A DNA stretch of 64,000 nt from Candidatus Latescibacterota bacterium (GTDB lineage: Bacteria; Latescibacterota; UBA2968; GCA-2709665): assembly GCA_965203805.1 (NCBI GenBank), contig OZ241917.1, positions 864,001-928,000 on the forward strand, in the 5' to 3' direction. The notes under the pieces were generated by a model. That model saw only the letters and a list, made by a program, of their open reading frames with translations. It was not told where the DNA came from and did not search any database. A program made the translations under genes and the position numbers. This document shows positions 28,449-38,436 of the stretch, one piece after another. Within the stretch, counting starts at the first letter, position 1, and the number at the start of each line of letters is the position of its first letter.

Positions 28449-29540
28449 TCATGCATTGAAGAGGAAGCGGATAACGTCGCCGTCCTGGACGGCATACTCC
28501 CTTCCTTCGGTGCGCATCCTGCCCGTTTCACGCAACCCGGCGATGCCGCCGGCGGCCAGGACGTCCTCGTAAGCGGCCACGTCCGCCCTGATGAATCCGC
28601 GCTCCATGTCCGAATGAACCCGTCCCGCGGCGGCTGGAGCCCGCGTACCTTCGGGAACTTCCCAGGCCTGCAGCTTCTCATTTGCCGTGGTATAGAACGC
28701 GATCAGCCCCAGCAAGGCGTAGCCCGCGCGAATCAGCCGGTTTACGCCAGGCTGTGTCAACCCCATGTCCGCCACAAAGACCTCACGGTCGGCGGGCGGT
28801 AATTCGGCGATCTCCGCTTCGATCTGTGCCGCCAGCACCAGGACGCGGTCGGCGCCGACCATCTCCCCCAGCCTGGCCGTCGGACGGCCCCCGTCGGGCA
28901 GGTCCGATTCCGAGACGTTCGACGCGTACAACACGGGTTTGGCGGTAAGAAAATCGAAGGGCTTCAGGGCCTCCAACTGCGTTTCCGTCAGGTCCTGTTC
29001 CCTCAAGGGTAGAGACCGCCCCAGTCCTTCGATGGCCACTCTGAGGGTTTCGTACGAGAAGCGTTCAGGGGCGCGGGGATTGGAACGCAGGACGCCTTCG
29101 AGCCGGCGCGCGATGCCTTCGGCCGATTCAAGATCGGCCAGTTCAAGCTCGGTTTCGACGGTTTCCACGTCCCTAACCGGATCGGCCCTGCCGTCCACGT
29201 GAGGTACATTTTCATTTTCGTAGGCGCGGACGACGTGAACCAGCGCGTCAACCTCCCGAATCCGAGCCAGAAACCGGTTGCCCAGACCCTCGCCGCGACT
29301 GGCCCCGCGCACCAGGCCGGCGATATCCACAAACTGAACGAACGCTGGAATGCAGGCCTCGGGCGCGAGCAGTTCATTCAGCCGTTGAAGGCGCTCGTCC
29401 GGCACTTCCACGACGCCCACGTTCGGTTCAACGGTACAAAAGGGATAGTTCGATGCTTCAACGCCGGCCCTGGTTAGCGCATTGAACAGGGTCGACTTGC
29501 CCGCGTTTGGCAGGCCGATGATGCCGATATTGAGGCCCAT
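28449..29540 (-). CDS. ychF: Redox-regulated ATPase YchF
   Basis: GLPNAGKST, NYPFCT, DIAGLV, GEGLGN, TGS domain. Confidence 0.96.
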   Translation of the reverse strand: MGLNIGIIGLPNAGKSTLFNALTRAGVEASNYPFCTVEPNVGVVEVPDERLQRLNELLAPEACIPAFVQFVDIAGLVRGASRGEGLGNRFLARIREVDALVHVVRAYENENVPHVDGRADPVRDVETVETELELADLESAEGIARRLEGVLRSNPRAPERFSYETLRVAIEGLGRSLPLREQDLTETQLEALKPFDFLTAKPVLYASNVSESDLPDGGRPTARLGEMVGADRVLVLAAQIEAEIAELPPADREVFVADMGLTQPGVNRLIRAGYALLGLIAFYTTANEKLQAWEVPEGTRAPAAAGRVHSDMERGFIRADVAAYEDVLAAGGIAGLRETGRMRTEGREYAVQDGDVIRFLFNA

Positions 29541-29753
29541 ACTCGCTGGCAGGATACGGCGGACGCGTTCGCGCCCGACAAAAAAAAACAGCCAGAGGCT
29601 AGTGTTCTGTACCGGAAATAGCTTGCCTGAATTCGCTCGGCGAGCGATGGCGACACAGCGAGAGGGCATGAATCGTCGGCCGAATGGTGAGATATTTCAG
29701 GGACGGGACCCTATACGTAATCCGCTGGCCGACAGAAAGTTGACCAACTAACG

Positions 29754-30020
29754 TTAAAGCCCGCCGCTGATGGCGGTAACAAAGTGAATCTCACTTTCCG
29801 CCTCTACCCTCTGACGCATTCCGTCGTTGCTTACAATGCCGTCGATTGCAACCGCCAAACCGGACCTGATACGGCCGTCGTCGCAGATCCGCGCCCTGAT
29901 TCCCGGAAACTCAGCTTCGAGGTTCTCGATGACCTCCCTTATTGTCTCTCCCGGTACCTGGACCTGCTCCAGACCGTCGGTGAGACGACGCATGAGAGAC
30001 GGAATCCAGACCTCCGGCAT
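29754..30020 (-). CDS. MoaD/ThiS-family sulfur carrier
   Basis: Beta-grasp pattern ending AISGGL. Confidence 0.85.
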   Translation of the reverse strand: MPEVWIPSLMRRLTDGLEQVQVPGETIREVIENLEAEFPGIRARICDDGRIRSGLAVAIDGIVSNDGMRQRVEAESEIHFVTAISGGL

Positions 30021-30023
30021 GGC

Positions 30024-32327
30024 TCACCCCTTCCCGCTGTTCCCGCCATTGTTGTTGCAGATTGTCTCCAGGACGCGCCCCGGGGACATGGGCAGGTCGC
30101 GCAAACGCACGCCGACGGCATCGTAGATCGCATTCGCCACGGCCGCTGGCGGAGGAACGATGGGCACTTCACCGACACCCCGCACCCCGTACGGGTGTCC
30201 AGGATTCGGCACCTCGACGATCACCGTCTCGATCATCGGCAGATCCAGGCAGGTTGGCATCCGGTAGTCCAGCAGGCTGGCGTTGACCAGATCGCCCTTT
30301 TCGTTGTAGAAATATTCCTCGTTCAACGCCCACCCGATACCCTGGGCGACGCCGCCCTGCATCTGTCCCTCCACGTAGGCGGGATGGATGGCCTTACCGG
30401 CATCCTGTACTATGGTTACCCGGAGAACGTCGACCTTTCCGGTGTCAGGATCGACTTCAACGTCCACGACCATAACGGCGTAAGCCGGCCCCGCCGCCTT
30501 TCCGGCCACCGCCGCCCGACCGACCACAGGACCGCCCGTGGCGCCAAGCTTACCCGCCAGTTCGGTAAATGTGATGGACTTCTCCGGGGCCGATCGTGAC
30601 CTGAACACACCGCCGTCGAAGACCACGTCATCATCCGGTATCTCCCACAATCTGGCGGCCCTCGTGACCATCTGGCGCTTCACGTCTTCCGCCGCCTCGT
30701 AACCGGCCCACCCCGTGGCAAAGGTCACGCGGCTGCCTCCCGTGCCGTCCGTCTGCCCGATGGCGTCGGTGTCTACCACCATCGGCTTCACCTGCTCGGC
30801 CGGAACCCCCAGTACCTCGGCAACCTGCATCGCGATAGAAGTCCTGGTGCCTCCGATATCGGGCGAACCCTCGACGAGATTAACCGTTCCATCGCCATTT
30901 ACACTGACCACGACCGTTGACGTGCCGCCTCCATTGAACCAGAACCCGGATGCCACGCCGCGACCCCGATTGGGCCCGTTGAGCCTGGACTGATAGTGAT
31001 CCGACGCCATCGCCGCCCTTACGCATTCGTCGTGCCCGATCCGGGGAAAAACCGGTCCGTCGGCACGCCGGCTGCCCTCTTTGGCGGAGTTGTTCAGGCG
31101 AAACTCAAGCGGGTCGGTACCGAGAATCTCGCAGATCTCGTCGATGACGGTTTCGGCGGCGAATGCGCCATTTGTGGCGCCCGGCGCGCGGTATGCCGAG
31201 GTCTGTGGTTTGTTCACGACAACGTCGTACCCGTCGATGACAACGTTGGGGATGTCGTACGGAGAAAAGATACATCCGGCCCCGGCACCCACGGGCGAAC
31301 CGGGATAGGCCCCGGCTTCATACGCCAGATACGCCTGCGCGGCGACCAGTCTGCCGTCTCTTGTGGCGCCCATCTTCACCGTCATATAAGAACCCGGCGT
31401 TGGGCCCGTCGCTTTCAGAACTTCCGTACGGCTCATTACCATCTTTACAGGTTTGCCCGTCATCCGGGACATGAACGCTGCCGTCGGTTCCTGGTAGACG
31501 CGGAACTTGCCACCGAATCCGCCGCCGATCTCCGCCGGAACCACCCGGACGCTGGACGTGGGCACGCCCAGGATGTCGGCGACCTGGTCGCGAACTTCGA
31601 AGGGCCCCTGGGTACTGGTCCAGACGGTAATCTGATCGTCGAGATTCCAATGGGCCGTCACGTTGTGGGGCTCGATGTAGCCCTGATGCACAGTCTGCGT
31701 ACTGAATTCCCGCTCAACCACGATATCGGCCTCCGCAAAACCCCGGTCGATATCTCCCAGCGTATGCTGGAAGTGATTGGCGATATTTCCAGGTTTATCC
31801 GTCGACTGCCCCAGCGATTTCACCTTCATGGTCTCGTGCAGGAGCGGCGCGCCGTCTTCCATCGCGGGACGGACGTCGAGCACGGGCGCCAGGACTTCGT
31901 ATTCGACCTGTATCAGATCCAGCGCTTCTTCGGCGACATGGGCCGATGTTGCCGCGACCGCCGCAACCGCATGACCCTCGTAAAGCACTTTGTCGGACGC
32001 CAGGACGTTGGTGACCAGGTGAGGCAGACTCACCGAACCCTCTCCAATGTTCGCCACCTTGTCTTCGTAGTGCATCGCGAGGTCCGCTCCCGTCATGACG
32101 GCTTTCACGCCCGGCAGCGCTCTGGCCGCTCCCGTGTCAATTGACAGGATGCGAGCGTGCGCGTGGGGGCTGCGGAGGGTCTTTCCGATCAACACGCCAG
32201 ACGTGTGAGTATCCGCGCCGTACTTCGCGCGGCCGGTCACCTTGTCCGTGCCGTCATGGCGAATCGGTCGGGTTCCAACCACGTTATAGCGGTCGATGCC
32301 GAGATAGTCTTCCGTTTTTGTGGCCAT
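30024..32327 (-). CDS. Xanthine dehydrogenase-family Mo-binding subunit (copy B)
   Basis: GGGFGGK, AYRAPG, GQMQGG, RGVGE. Confidence 0.93.
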   Translation of the reverse strand: MATKTEDYLGIDRYNVVGTRPIRHDGTDKVTGRAKYGADTHTSGVLIGKTLRSPHAHARILSIDTGAARALPGVKAVMTGADLAMHYEDKVANIGEGSVSLPHLVTNVLASDKVLYEGHAVAAVAATSAHVAEEALDLIQVEYEVLAPVLDVRPAMEDGAPLLHETMKVKSLGQSTDKPGNIANHFQHTLGDIDRGFAEADIVVEREFSTQTVHQGYIEPHNVTAHWNLDDQITVWTSTQGPFEVRDQVADILGVPTSSVRVVPAEIGGGFGGKFRVYQEPTAAFMSRMTGKPVKMVMSRTEVLKATGPTPGSYMTVKMGATRDGRLVAAQAYLAYEAGAYPGSPVGAGAGCIFSPYDIPNVVIDGYDVVVNKPQTSAYRAPGATNGAFAAETVIDEICEILGTDPLEFRLNNSAKEGSRRADGPVFPRIGHDECVRAAMASDHYQSRLNGPNRGRGVASGFWFNGGGTSTVVVSVNGDGTVNLVEGSPDIGGTRTSIAMQVAEVLGVPAEQVKPMVVDTDAIGQTDGTGGSRVTFATGWAGYEAAEDVKRQMVTRAARLWEIPDDDVVFDGGVFRSRSAPEKSITFTELAGKLGATGGPVVGRAAVAGKAAGPAYAVMVVDVEVDPDTGKVDVLRVTIVQDAGKAIHPAYVEGQMQGGVAQGIGWALNEEYFYNEKGDLVNASLLDYRMPTCLDLPMIETVIVEVPNPGHPYGVRGVGEVPIVPPPAAVANAIYDAVGVRLRDLPMSPGRVLETICNNNGGNSGKG

Positions 32328-32390
32328 TTTGATCCGATCTCCGGAATTTAACGCGCGGCGCCCTGCCATGGGGCACGCACGCGGTTTCCC

Positions 32391-34670
32391 TTATGATCCG
32401 TTACTTTTCCACAACGCTTTCAGAACGTTTCCGGGCGACATCGGCAATACGTTCATCCGGACGCCCACGGCGCGGTAGATGGCGTTGGCCAGAGCCGCCG
32501 GCGGCGGCACGATGGGCGCTTCGCCCACCCCGCGAACACCGTAGGGATGCCCCGGATTGGGAACTTCGACAATGATGGTTTCAATCATGGGCAGGTCGAG
32601 GCATGTAGGCATCCGATAGTCAAGAAGGCTGGCATTGGTCAACTCGCCGTCATCATTGTACCAGTACTCTTCGTTCAGGCCCCATCCGATGCCCTGGGCC
32701 GCACCCCCCTGCATCTGACCTTCCACATATGCGGGATGAATAGCCTTGCCTGCATCCTGCACCATGGTCACCCTGAGAATATCCACCTTGCCCGTATCCG
32801 GGTCGGTCTCGACGTCGGCGATCATCAGGGAAAACGCGCCCCCCACCCCCTGCGGGTCGACGGTCGCACGCCCGACGACAGGCCCGCCAGTCTCGTTTAG
32901 TTTTCCTGCCAATTCTTTGAATGTCAGTGATTTCGAAGGATCGGACCTGGATTTGAACGTGCCGTCTTCGAAGGCCACGTCGTCCGGGGAGATCTCCCAG
33001 TATTTCGCGGCGCGCTCAACCATCTGTGCGATGATATCCTGTGCCGCGTTATAGGCCGCCCATCCCGTGGAAAACGTGACACGGCTGCCGCCGGTGACGT
33101 CCGTTTCTCCCACACCGTCGGTGTCGGCCACAACCGGGTTGACGTCTTCCGCAGGAATTCCAAGAGGTTCGGCGAGTTGCATGGCTACAGACGTCCGCGT
33201 GCCTCCGATATCGGTGGATCCTTCGACCAGGCTGACGGTGCCGTCTGTATTCACGGACGCGCACGCACTGGATTTCAGCCCCACGTTGAACCAGAATCCC
33301 GACGCCACTCCCCTGCCCCGGTTCCTGCCCTGCAGCGGCGCCCTGTAGTGGTCGCTTGCCATCGCCGCCTTCAAGACTTCCTCCTGGCCGACGCGAGGAA
33401 AGGTCGGCCCGTCCGCGCGTCGCGTGCCTTCCTTTGCCGCGTTCTTCATTCGGAACTCGAGTGGATCCTCCCCAAGCCTCTCGCAGATTTCGTCGACAAT
33501 GGTCTCGGATGCAAAGGCCGCATTGGTGGCGCCCGGCGCCCTGTACGCCATGGTCTGCGGCTTGTTCACGACCACGTTGTACCCGTCTATGGCTACGTTT
33601 TCAATATCGTACGGGGCAAAGATGCACATGGCGCCGGGTTCCGCCCACGCTCCGGCAAATCCACCCGACTCGTAGGCCATGTAGGCTTCCGCGGCCACCA
33701 GTTTACCCTGGTTTGTAGCGCCCATCTTCACCCGAATGTAGGACCCGGGAGTGGGGCCTGTGGCTTTCAGCACTTCGTCCCGGTCCATTACCATCTTCAC
33801 CGGATGCCCGGACTTTCTGGACAGAATGGCGGCAACGGGCTCCAGGTAAACTCTGATCTTTCCGCCGAATCCCCCGCCGATTTCGGTGGGGATGACCCGG
33901 ATATTCACAGGCGAAAGCTGCAGCAGGCCCGCCAGCTGCTCGCGTACCGTAAACGAACCCTGGGTGCTGCACCAGACGGTCAGGCGCCCGTCCGGATTCC
34001 AGAGCGCCGTGGCATTCTGCGGCTCGATATAACCCTGGTGCACCGTGTCGGTAAAGAACTCCTTTTCGATGACCACGTCGGCCTGCGCGAAACCCGATTC
34101 GGTGTCGCCCAGCTTATGCTGAAAGTGGGTGGCGACGTTGCTCGCCGTACCGGTATCTTCGCCCAGCGATTCCGTGGTTAACGTTTCGTGCAGGAGCGGC
34201 GAACCCGGCTTCATCGCCTCCCTCACGTCCAGCAGCGGATCGAGGACCTCGTATTTCACCTCGATCAGGCCCAGCGCCGCTTCCGCGATATGCGCGCTCG
34301 TCGCGGCCACCGCGGCCACCGCATGTCCGTCGTAGACCACTTTGCCGTCGGCCAGCACGTTCGCGCGAAGGTCCACCATATTGGCCGCGCCTTCGCCCAG
34401 ATCCTCCACCTTCTTTTCCGGTACGGGAATGTCGTCGACGGTGGTTACGGCCTTTACGCCATGCAGGGATTCGGCCTTGCGTGTATCGATGGATACGATG
34501 CGCGCGTGGGCGTGTGGACTTCGCAACACTTTCCCGTAGATCAGACCGGACATCTGCACATCGGCTCCATATATTGCCCGCCCCGTGACCTTGTCGACGC
34601 CATCGTGCCTGATCGGCCGCGTGCCCAACACCTTGTATTCCTTGATTCCGAGATAATCCTCGCCTGGCAT
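32391..34670 (-). CDS. Xanthine dehydrogenase-family Mo-binding subunit (copy A)
   Basis: Same motifs; clear paralog of 30024-32327. Confidence 0.93.
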   Translation of the reverse strand: MPGEDYLGIKEYKVLGTRPIRHDGVDKVTGRAIYGADVQMSGLIYGKVLRSPHAHARIVSIDTRKAESLHGVKAVTTVDDIPVPEKKVEDLGEGAANMVDLRANVLADGKVVYDGHAVAAVAATSAHIAEAALGLIEVKYEVLDPLLDVREAMKPGSPLLHETLTTESLGEDTGTASNVATHFQHKLGDTESGFAQADVVIEKEFFTDTVHQGYIEPQNATALWNPDGRLTVWCSTQGSFTVREQLAGLLQLSPVNIRVIPTEIGGGFGGKIRVYLEPVAAILSRKSGHPVKMVMDRDEVLKATGPTPGSYIRVKMGATNQGKLVAAEAYMAYESGGFAGAWAEPGAMCIFAPYDIENVAIDGYNVVVNKPQTMAYRAPGATNAAFASETIVDEICERLGEDPLEFRMKNAAKEGTRRADGPTFPRVGQEEVLKAAMASDHYRAPLQGRNRGRGVASGFWFNVGLKSSACASVNTDGTVSLVEGSTDIGGTRTSVAMQLAEPLGIPAEDVNPVVADTDGVGETDVTGGSRVTFSTGWAAYNAAQDIIAQMVERAAKYWEISPDDVAFEDGTFKSRSDPSKSLTFKELAGKLNETGGPVVGRATVDPQGVGGAFSLMIADVETDPDTGKVDILRVTMVQDAGKAIHPAYVEGQMQGGAAQGIGWGLNEEYWYNDDGELTNASLLDYRMPTCLDLPMIETIIVEVPNPGHPYGVRGVGEAPIVPPPAALANAIYRAVGVRMNVLPMSPGNVLKALWKSNGS

Positions 34671-35152
34671 CAGACCGTCTCCCTCATCGTTCGCGCGGTG
34701 TCCATCACCGCTCTTACGATTTTATCGTATCCCGTGCAACGGCACAGATTCCCTGCCAACCAGAGGCGAATCCGACGTTCGTCGGGTTCCGGTTCGCGAT
34801 CGAGCAACGCCTTCGCCGCCACGATGAAACCGGGCGTGCAGACGCCGCACTGAAGCGCCGCGTGCTCCAGAAATTTCTGCTGCAGCGGATGCAGACCGTC
34901 GGGGGTGGCTACCCCTTCAATGGTCGTAATTTCGCACCCCTCCGCCTCAACGCCCAGGGCCAGACAGGAGTTGATCACGCGGCCGTCGACAATGACGCTG
35001 CAGGCGCCGCAATTGCCGTTGCCGCATCCTTCTTTGGCGCCGGTGAGGCCCAGGTTGTCTCGGAGCACATCCAACAGCGTGTCTCGCGGTTCACAAAGGA
35101 ATTCCGTTTCTTCTCCATTGACGTTCGTCGTCACATGAACTTTGCCAGCCAT
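34670..35152 (-). CDS. 2x[2Fe-2S] subunit (CoxS/XdhC-like)
   Basis: GCGNGNCGAC, QCGVCTPG, NLCRCTGY. Confidence 0.95.
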   Translation of the reverse strand: MAGKVHVTTNVNGEETEFLCEPRDTLLDVLRDNLGLTGAKEGCGNGNCGACSVIVDGRVINSCLALGVEAEGCEITTIEGVATPDGLHPLQQKFLEHAALQCGVCTPGFIVAAKALLDREPEPDERRIRLWLAGNLCRCTGYDKIVRAVMDTARTMRETV

Positions 35153-35205
35153 TTTACGCGTACTCCTTTGTTGGCGTATAGTCAGGAGATTCGAGCCACC
35201 TGGAT

Positions 35206-36075
35206 TTATCCTGCGCGTTCCACCGCGCCGCGGACCGCACGGCGGGTCAGTACTCCGGCCAGGTGAATCCTTTGTTCGATCGTACCGCGCATATCCGTGA
35301 TGGGCCGGGCGGATTGCCGGGCGATCTCGGCCGCCCTTTCGATCGTCTCGTCCGATACCTCATTGCCGGCGAGGGCTTCACCCGCCTCGGCCAGGTAGAG
35401 AGGGACGGGCGCAACGGCGCCCACGGCGACGCGGGCGGACGCAAACGCATTCTTCTCGGCGTTCAACACCACGGAAGCCGCGGCGTTGACAACGGCGATA
35501 TCCATTTCGTTCCGGGGAATGAACCGGAGGAAATACGCCCCCGAGTTGGCATCGGGCGCGGGAAAGCGGACGGACACCAGGAACTCGCCGTCCTGCATCA
35601 CGGTCTGCCCCGGCGCCGTGCAGAAGTCCTCCACCGCGACCTCTCGTTCGCCGCCCGGTCCCGCGACTTTCGCCGCTGCCCCCAGAACGATCAGGGTTGG
35701 AATGGTATCCGCCGCGGGCGACGCGTTACACAGGTTCCCGCCGATCGTGGCCCGGCCCTGGATCTGGATGGATCCGATGAGTTCCGTGGAATCCACGAGC
35801 GCCGGGTATTTCGACGCCACATGTTCGTTTTCGTAGATGTCGCAACACGAGACCCCGGCCCCGATCGTCAATCCCTCTTCGGGATCGAACGACAGTTCGT
35901 TTGCCTCGGGTATTTTCTTGACATCCACCAGCACTTTCACCCGACGTCGACCCTCTTTCAACTGTGCGATGATATCCGAACCGCCGGCCAGCATCCGGGC
36001 ATCCGGGCCGTTTTCGGAGAGCACGGCGACGGCCTCGTCGACGGTCTGAGGCGCTACGTAATCAAACGCATGCAA
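35206..36075 (-). CDS. FAD-binding subunit (CoxM-like)
   Basis: LAGGSD, ATIGGNLCNASPAAD; TTG start with AGGAGG SD. Confidence 0.93.
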   Translation of the reverse strand: MHAFDYVAPQTVDEAVAVLSENGPDARMLAGGSDIIAQLKEGRRRVKVLVDVKKIPEANELSFDPEEGLTIGAGVSCCDIYENEHVASKYPALVDSTELIGSIQIQGRATIGGNLCNASPAADTIPTLIVLGAAAKVAGPGGEREVAVEDFCTAPGQTVMQDGEFLVSVRFPAPDANSGAYFLRFIPRNEMDIAVVNAAASVVLNAEKNAFASARVAVGAVAPVPLYLAEAGEALAGNEVSDETIERAAEIARQSARPITDMRGTIEQRIHLAGVLTRRAVRGAVERAG

Positions 36076-36152
36076 GGTTTGCTCCTCCTGTACTGAGTTG
36101 GGGGATCCCCCGGCGCCGGCATTTCACTTCCGATGGCCCGGGAATGCGCGTA

Positions 36153-36181
36153 AGAATAAGATTCGGGGGTCGTAATGTCAA
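36153..36181 (-). promoter_or_regulatory. Sigma-70 promoter of the molybdo-hydroxylase operon
   Basis: TTGACA-17-TATTCT. Confidence 0.65.
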
Positions 36182-36303
36182 GGGTTTTCGAGGTAGCTTG
36201 AGCGGCGGCACTGCGCCAGGAGTCCTACCCGCGAAACCGGGGTTTATCCGCGCGAGTTAATAGCTTCCGAGGGGAGACAGGCTTCCTCGAGGTTCGCGTT
36301 CGG

Positions 36304-37356
36304 TCATTGCGCGCACAGTACGGCGTAACCGGCGCGGGACGCGAGAGTCCCTGCAGTGCGGAACGACCGCTTCATCTGTTTCAGGTACATTCCCGGACGC
36401 GTGGCGACAACGATGAATCTACCGCCCGGTACCAGGTGTCGGGCGGCGCCCTCCGCAAACTGCCTGGCCGTGGCGACACCCTGGTGGGTCGGCGCATTGC
36501 ACAGAATAAGGTCGAAGGACGCTCCCGATGCGGCCTCGAAACCGTCGCTCAAGGCAGTACGCGCGCTCGTAAGGCCGTTGCGGGCGACGTTCCGTCTCGC
36601 GCATTGAACCGCCAGCAGGTCCGAATCCAGCAGCAGGACCTTGCGCGCCCGGCCAGCAGCCGCGATGCCGATCGCACCGAATCCGCATCCCAGGTCCAGC
36701 ACAGTTTGGTGCGCCCTGACGTCGACCGTATCGATCAGAAGCCGGGTGCCGGGATCCAGGCCGTCGCTCGAGAAGACGCCCGCACAGGTTTCAAACACGC
36801 AACGCGCGCCACGAGGGTCGTTCCAGACGAACGAACGCGCCGTGTCGACCGGATCCGCGCCGGCCGTGGCGTTTTTCTTCTTGAACCGATAGATTCGAAG
36901 GCCCGATTTCGCCAATAGCTTTTCAGCGTCTCCGAAAACCGCCTCCAGCCTGTTCCGATAGCTGTTCACACCGGCATTTTGCCATCCGGCGAGCAGGAAC
37001 CGACCGTGAATCGCCATTCTGTGAAACGCGGCGTCGATGAGCTGAAATGCTCGCGCCTTGGCCTCCCACCGGGCGGGAGCATAGAAGACCACGTCGAAAC
37101 CCGGTCCGGGCACGCCCGAGGGCGACGCTTCGAGCCAGGCGCACGCATTGGACAATCCCCTTCGCCGGATTGCGTTCTCGCATCGTCGGACGGCTCGGAG
37201 ATCGGAGCTCACGAAGTGAATCCCAGCCGCGTTCACGTCCAGCCCCGCGGGGTGTCCGGCCACCCCCAGATCCAGAACGCGTTCGTGGCTTTCGACGGCC
37301 GCTGCCGCCAGCAACGCGGAGGCTGCCCGATCCTGTTTGGCGGAACGCCCGATCAC
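36304..37356 (-). CDS. RsmC-like class I SAM methyltransferase
   Basis: GVFSSDGLDPGTRLL, LDLGCGFG, NAPTH; duplicated MTase domain layout. Confidence 0.82.
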   Translation of the reverse strand: MIGRSAKQDRAASALLAAAAVESHERVLDLGVAGHPAGLDVNAAGIHFVSSDLRAVRRCENAIRRRGLSNACAWLEASPSGVPGPGFDVVFYAPARWEAKARAFQLIDAAFHRMAIHGRFLLAGWQNAGVNSYRNRLEAVFGDAEKLLAKSGLRIYRFKKKNATAGADPVDTARSFVWNDPRGARCVFETCAGVFSSDGLDPGTRLLIDTVDVRAHQTVLDLGCGFGAIGIAAAGRARKVLLLDSDLLAVQCARRNVARNGLTSARTALSDGFEAASGASFDLILCNAPTHQGVATARQFAEGAARHLVPGGRFIVVATRPGMYLKQMKRSFRTAGTLASRAGYAVLCAQ

Positions 37357-37384
37357 TCTTGCCTCAAGCTTCTCCCGGCGCTAT

Positions 37385-37600
37385 GTACGTATTCCGGAGG
37401 TCGATCGGGAGGTCGCCGCCCGATGGGGCGAGATTTCGGCGGCGGCGGAAAGAGCCGGGCGAACCTTGCCGGTTCCGGACGGTCTGCTCGCGGCCACCGC
37501 CCTGACTTCCGGTCTGACGTTCGTGACGCGAAACACGGGCGATGTACGGGTAACCGGGGTACCGGTATTCGACCCCTGGGAGGAACCGTCCCTTCGTTAG
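37385..37600 (+). pseudogene. C-terminal fragment of a PIN/VapC toxin
   Basis: VAARWGEI...LPVPDGLLAATALTSGLTFVTRNTGD...FDPW; the N-terminal half and antitoxin are absent. Confidence 0.8.
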
Positions 37601-37617
37601 ACCCCAATGGTGCGAAT

Positions 37618-38436
37618 TTACCCGCTGCGCTTCAGGCGGCCCGTCCGCTTCGCGTAGACCTCGGCAATGTGAAAGATCCATAATCCCAGTGGGACCATAA
37701 TTACGCCTGAAACCGTCAGAATAATGAGGTCGACCTGCACATCGGCGATGGTCGCGTTGTCGAGCAGCGCCGTGCGGATGGATCGGAGCGCGTAGGTGCC
37801 TGGCGAGAAGGTCGATAGCGGCCGCAGCCAGTCGGGGAGTACCGACACTTCGTAGTAAACGCCTGAAATCAGCAATACCAGCGTGCCGAAAATATCAGTT
37901 GCCCGTGCGCCTTTCTCCGGCGATAGAAGCGGGAACACGGCCGCCATTAGTCCCATCCCCAGGAACGAAAGACTGGCCGTGACCAGGACGGCGACGGCCG
38001 TCGTCAGATTCGCGTCTGAAAGGCTCAGATCGAAGAACATCACCGCCGATACGAGAACCACACCGGACCTCAGGAAACCGTAGATGATCGCGTATATGCA
38101 CTGGCCGGCGAGGTGCGTCAGCCTGTAGACGGGCGACATGAACGTGTATTCGATGGTCCCTTCCCAGCGCTCCCACGCGACGGCGTCCGCCACTTCGAAG
38201 AAAAGCAGGCGAAGAAAATTCCAGAGCACCGCGCCCACGATCAAAAACAGCACGGACGCCCTCACCTTTTCCGGGTCGTCCCCGCCCATATATACACCGA
38301 TCAACCCGATGGTCAACGCGTGGACCACGTTCCATACAACGAATATCAGTTCCCAGCTCGCGTACCGCCGGGCCAGGTTGAAATTCCTCTCGATAAACGC
38401 TACCGACGCTTTGATCTCCGCGGTTACCGGGTTCAC
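37618..38436 (-). CDS. ABC-2 type permease
   Basis: WERWEGTIE, 6 TM segments; GTGA overlap with the ATPase. Confidence 0.88.
   Translation of the reverse strand: MNPVTAEIKASVAFIERNFNLARRYASWELIFVVWNVVHALTIGLIGVYMGGDDPEKVRASVLFLIVGAVLWNFLRLLFFEVADAVAWERWEGTIEYTFMSPVYRLTHLAGQCIYAIIYGFLRSGVVLVSAVMFFDLSLSDANLTTAVAVLVTASLSFLGMGLMAAVFPLLSPEKGARATDIFGTLVLLISGVYYEVSVLPDWLRPLSTFSPGTYALRSIRTALLDNATIADVQVDLIILTVSGVIMVPLGLWIFHIAEVYAKRTGRLKRSG

Noticed and set aside
30024-34670. Form I aerobic CO dehydrogenase
   Set aside because: The active-site loop is AYRAPG, not AYRCSFR.
36076-36303. Moco riboswitch upstream of the molybdoenzyme operon
   Set aside because: A promoter is visible, but I could not recognise the riboswitch structure; an Infernal/Rfam scan would decide.
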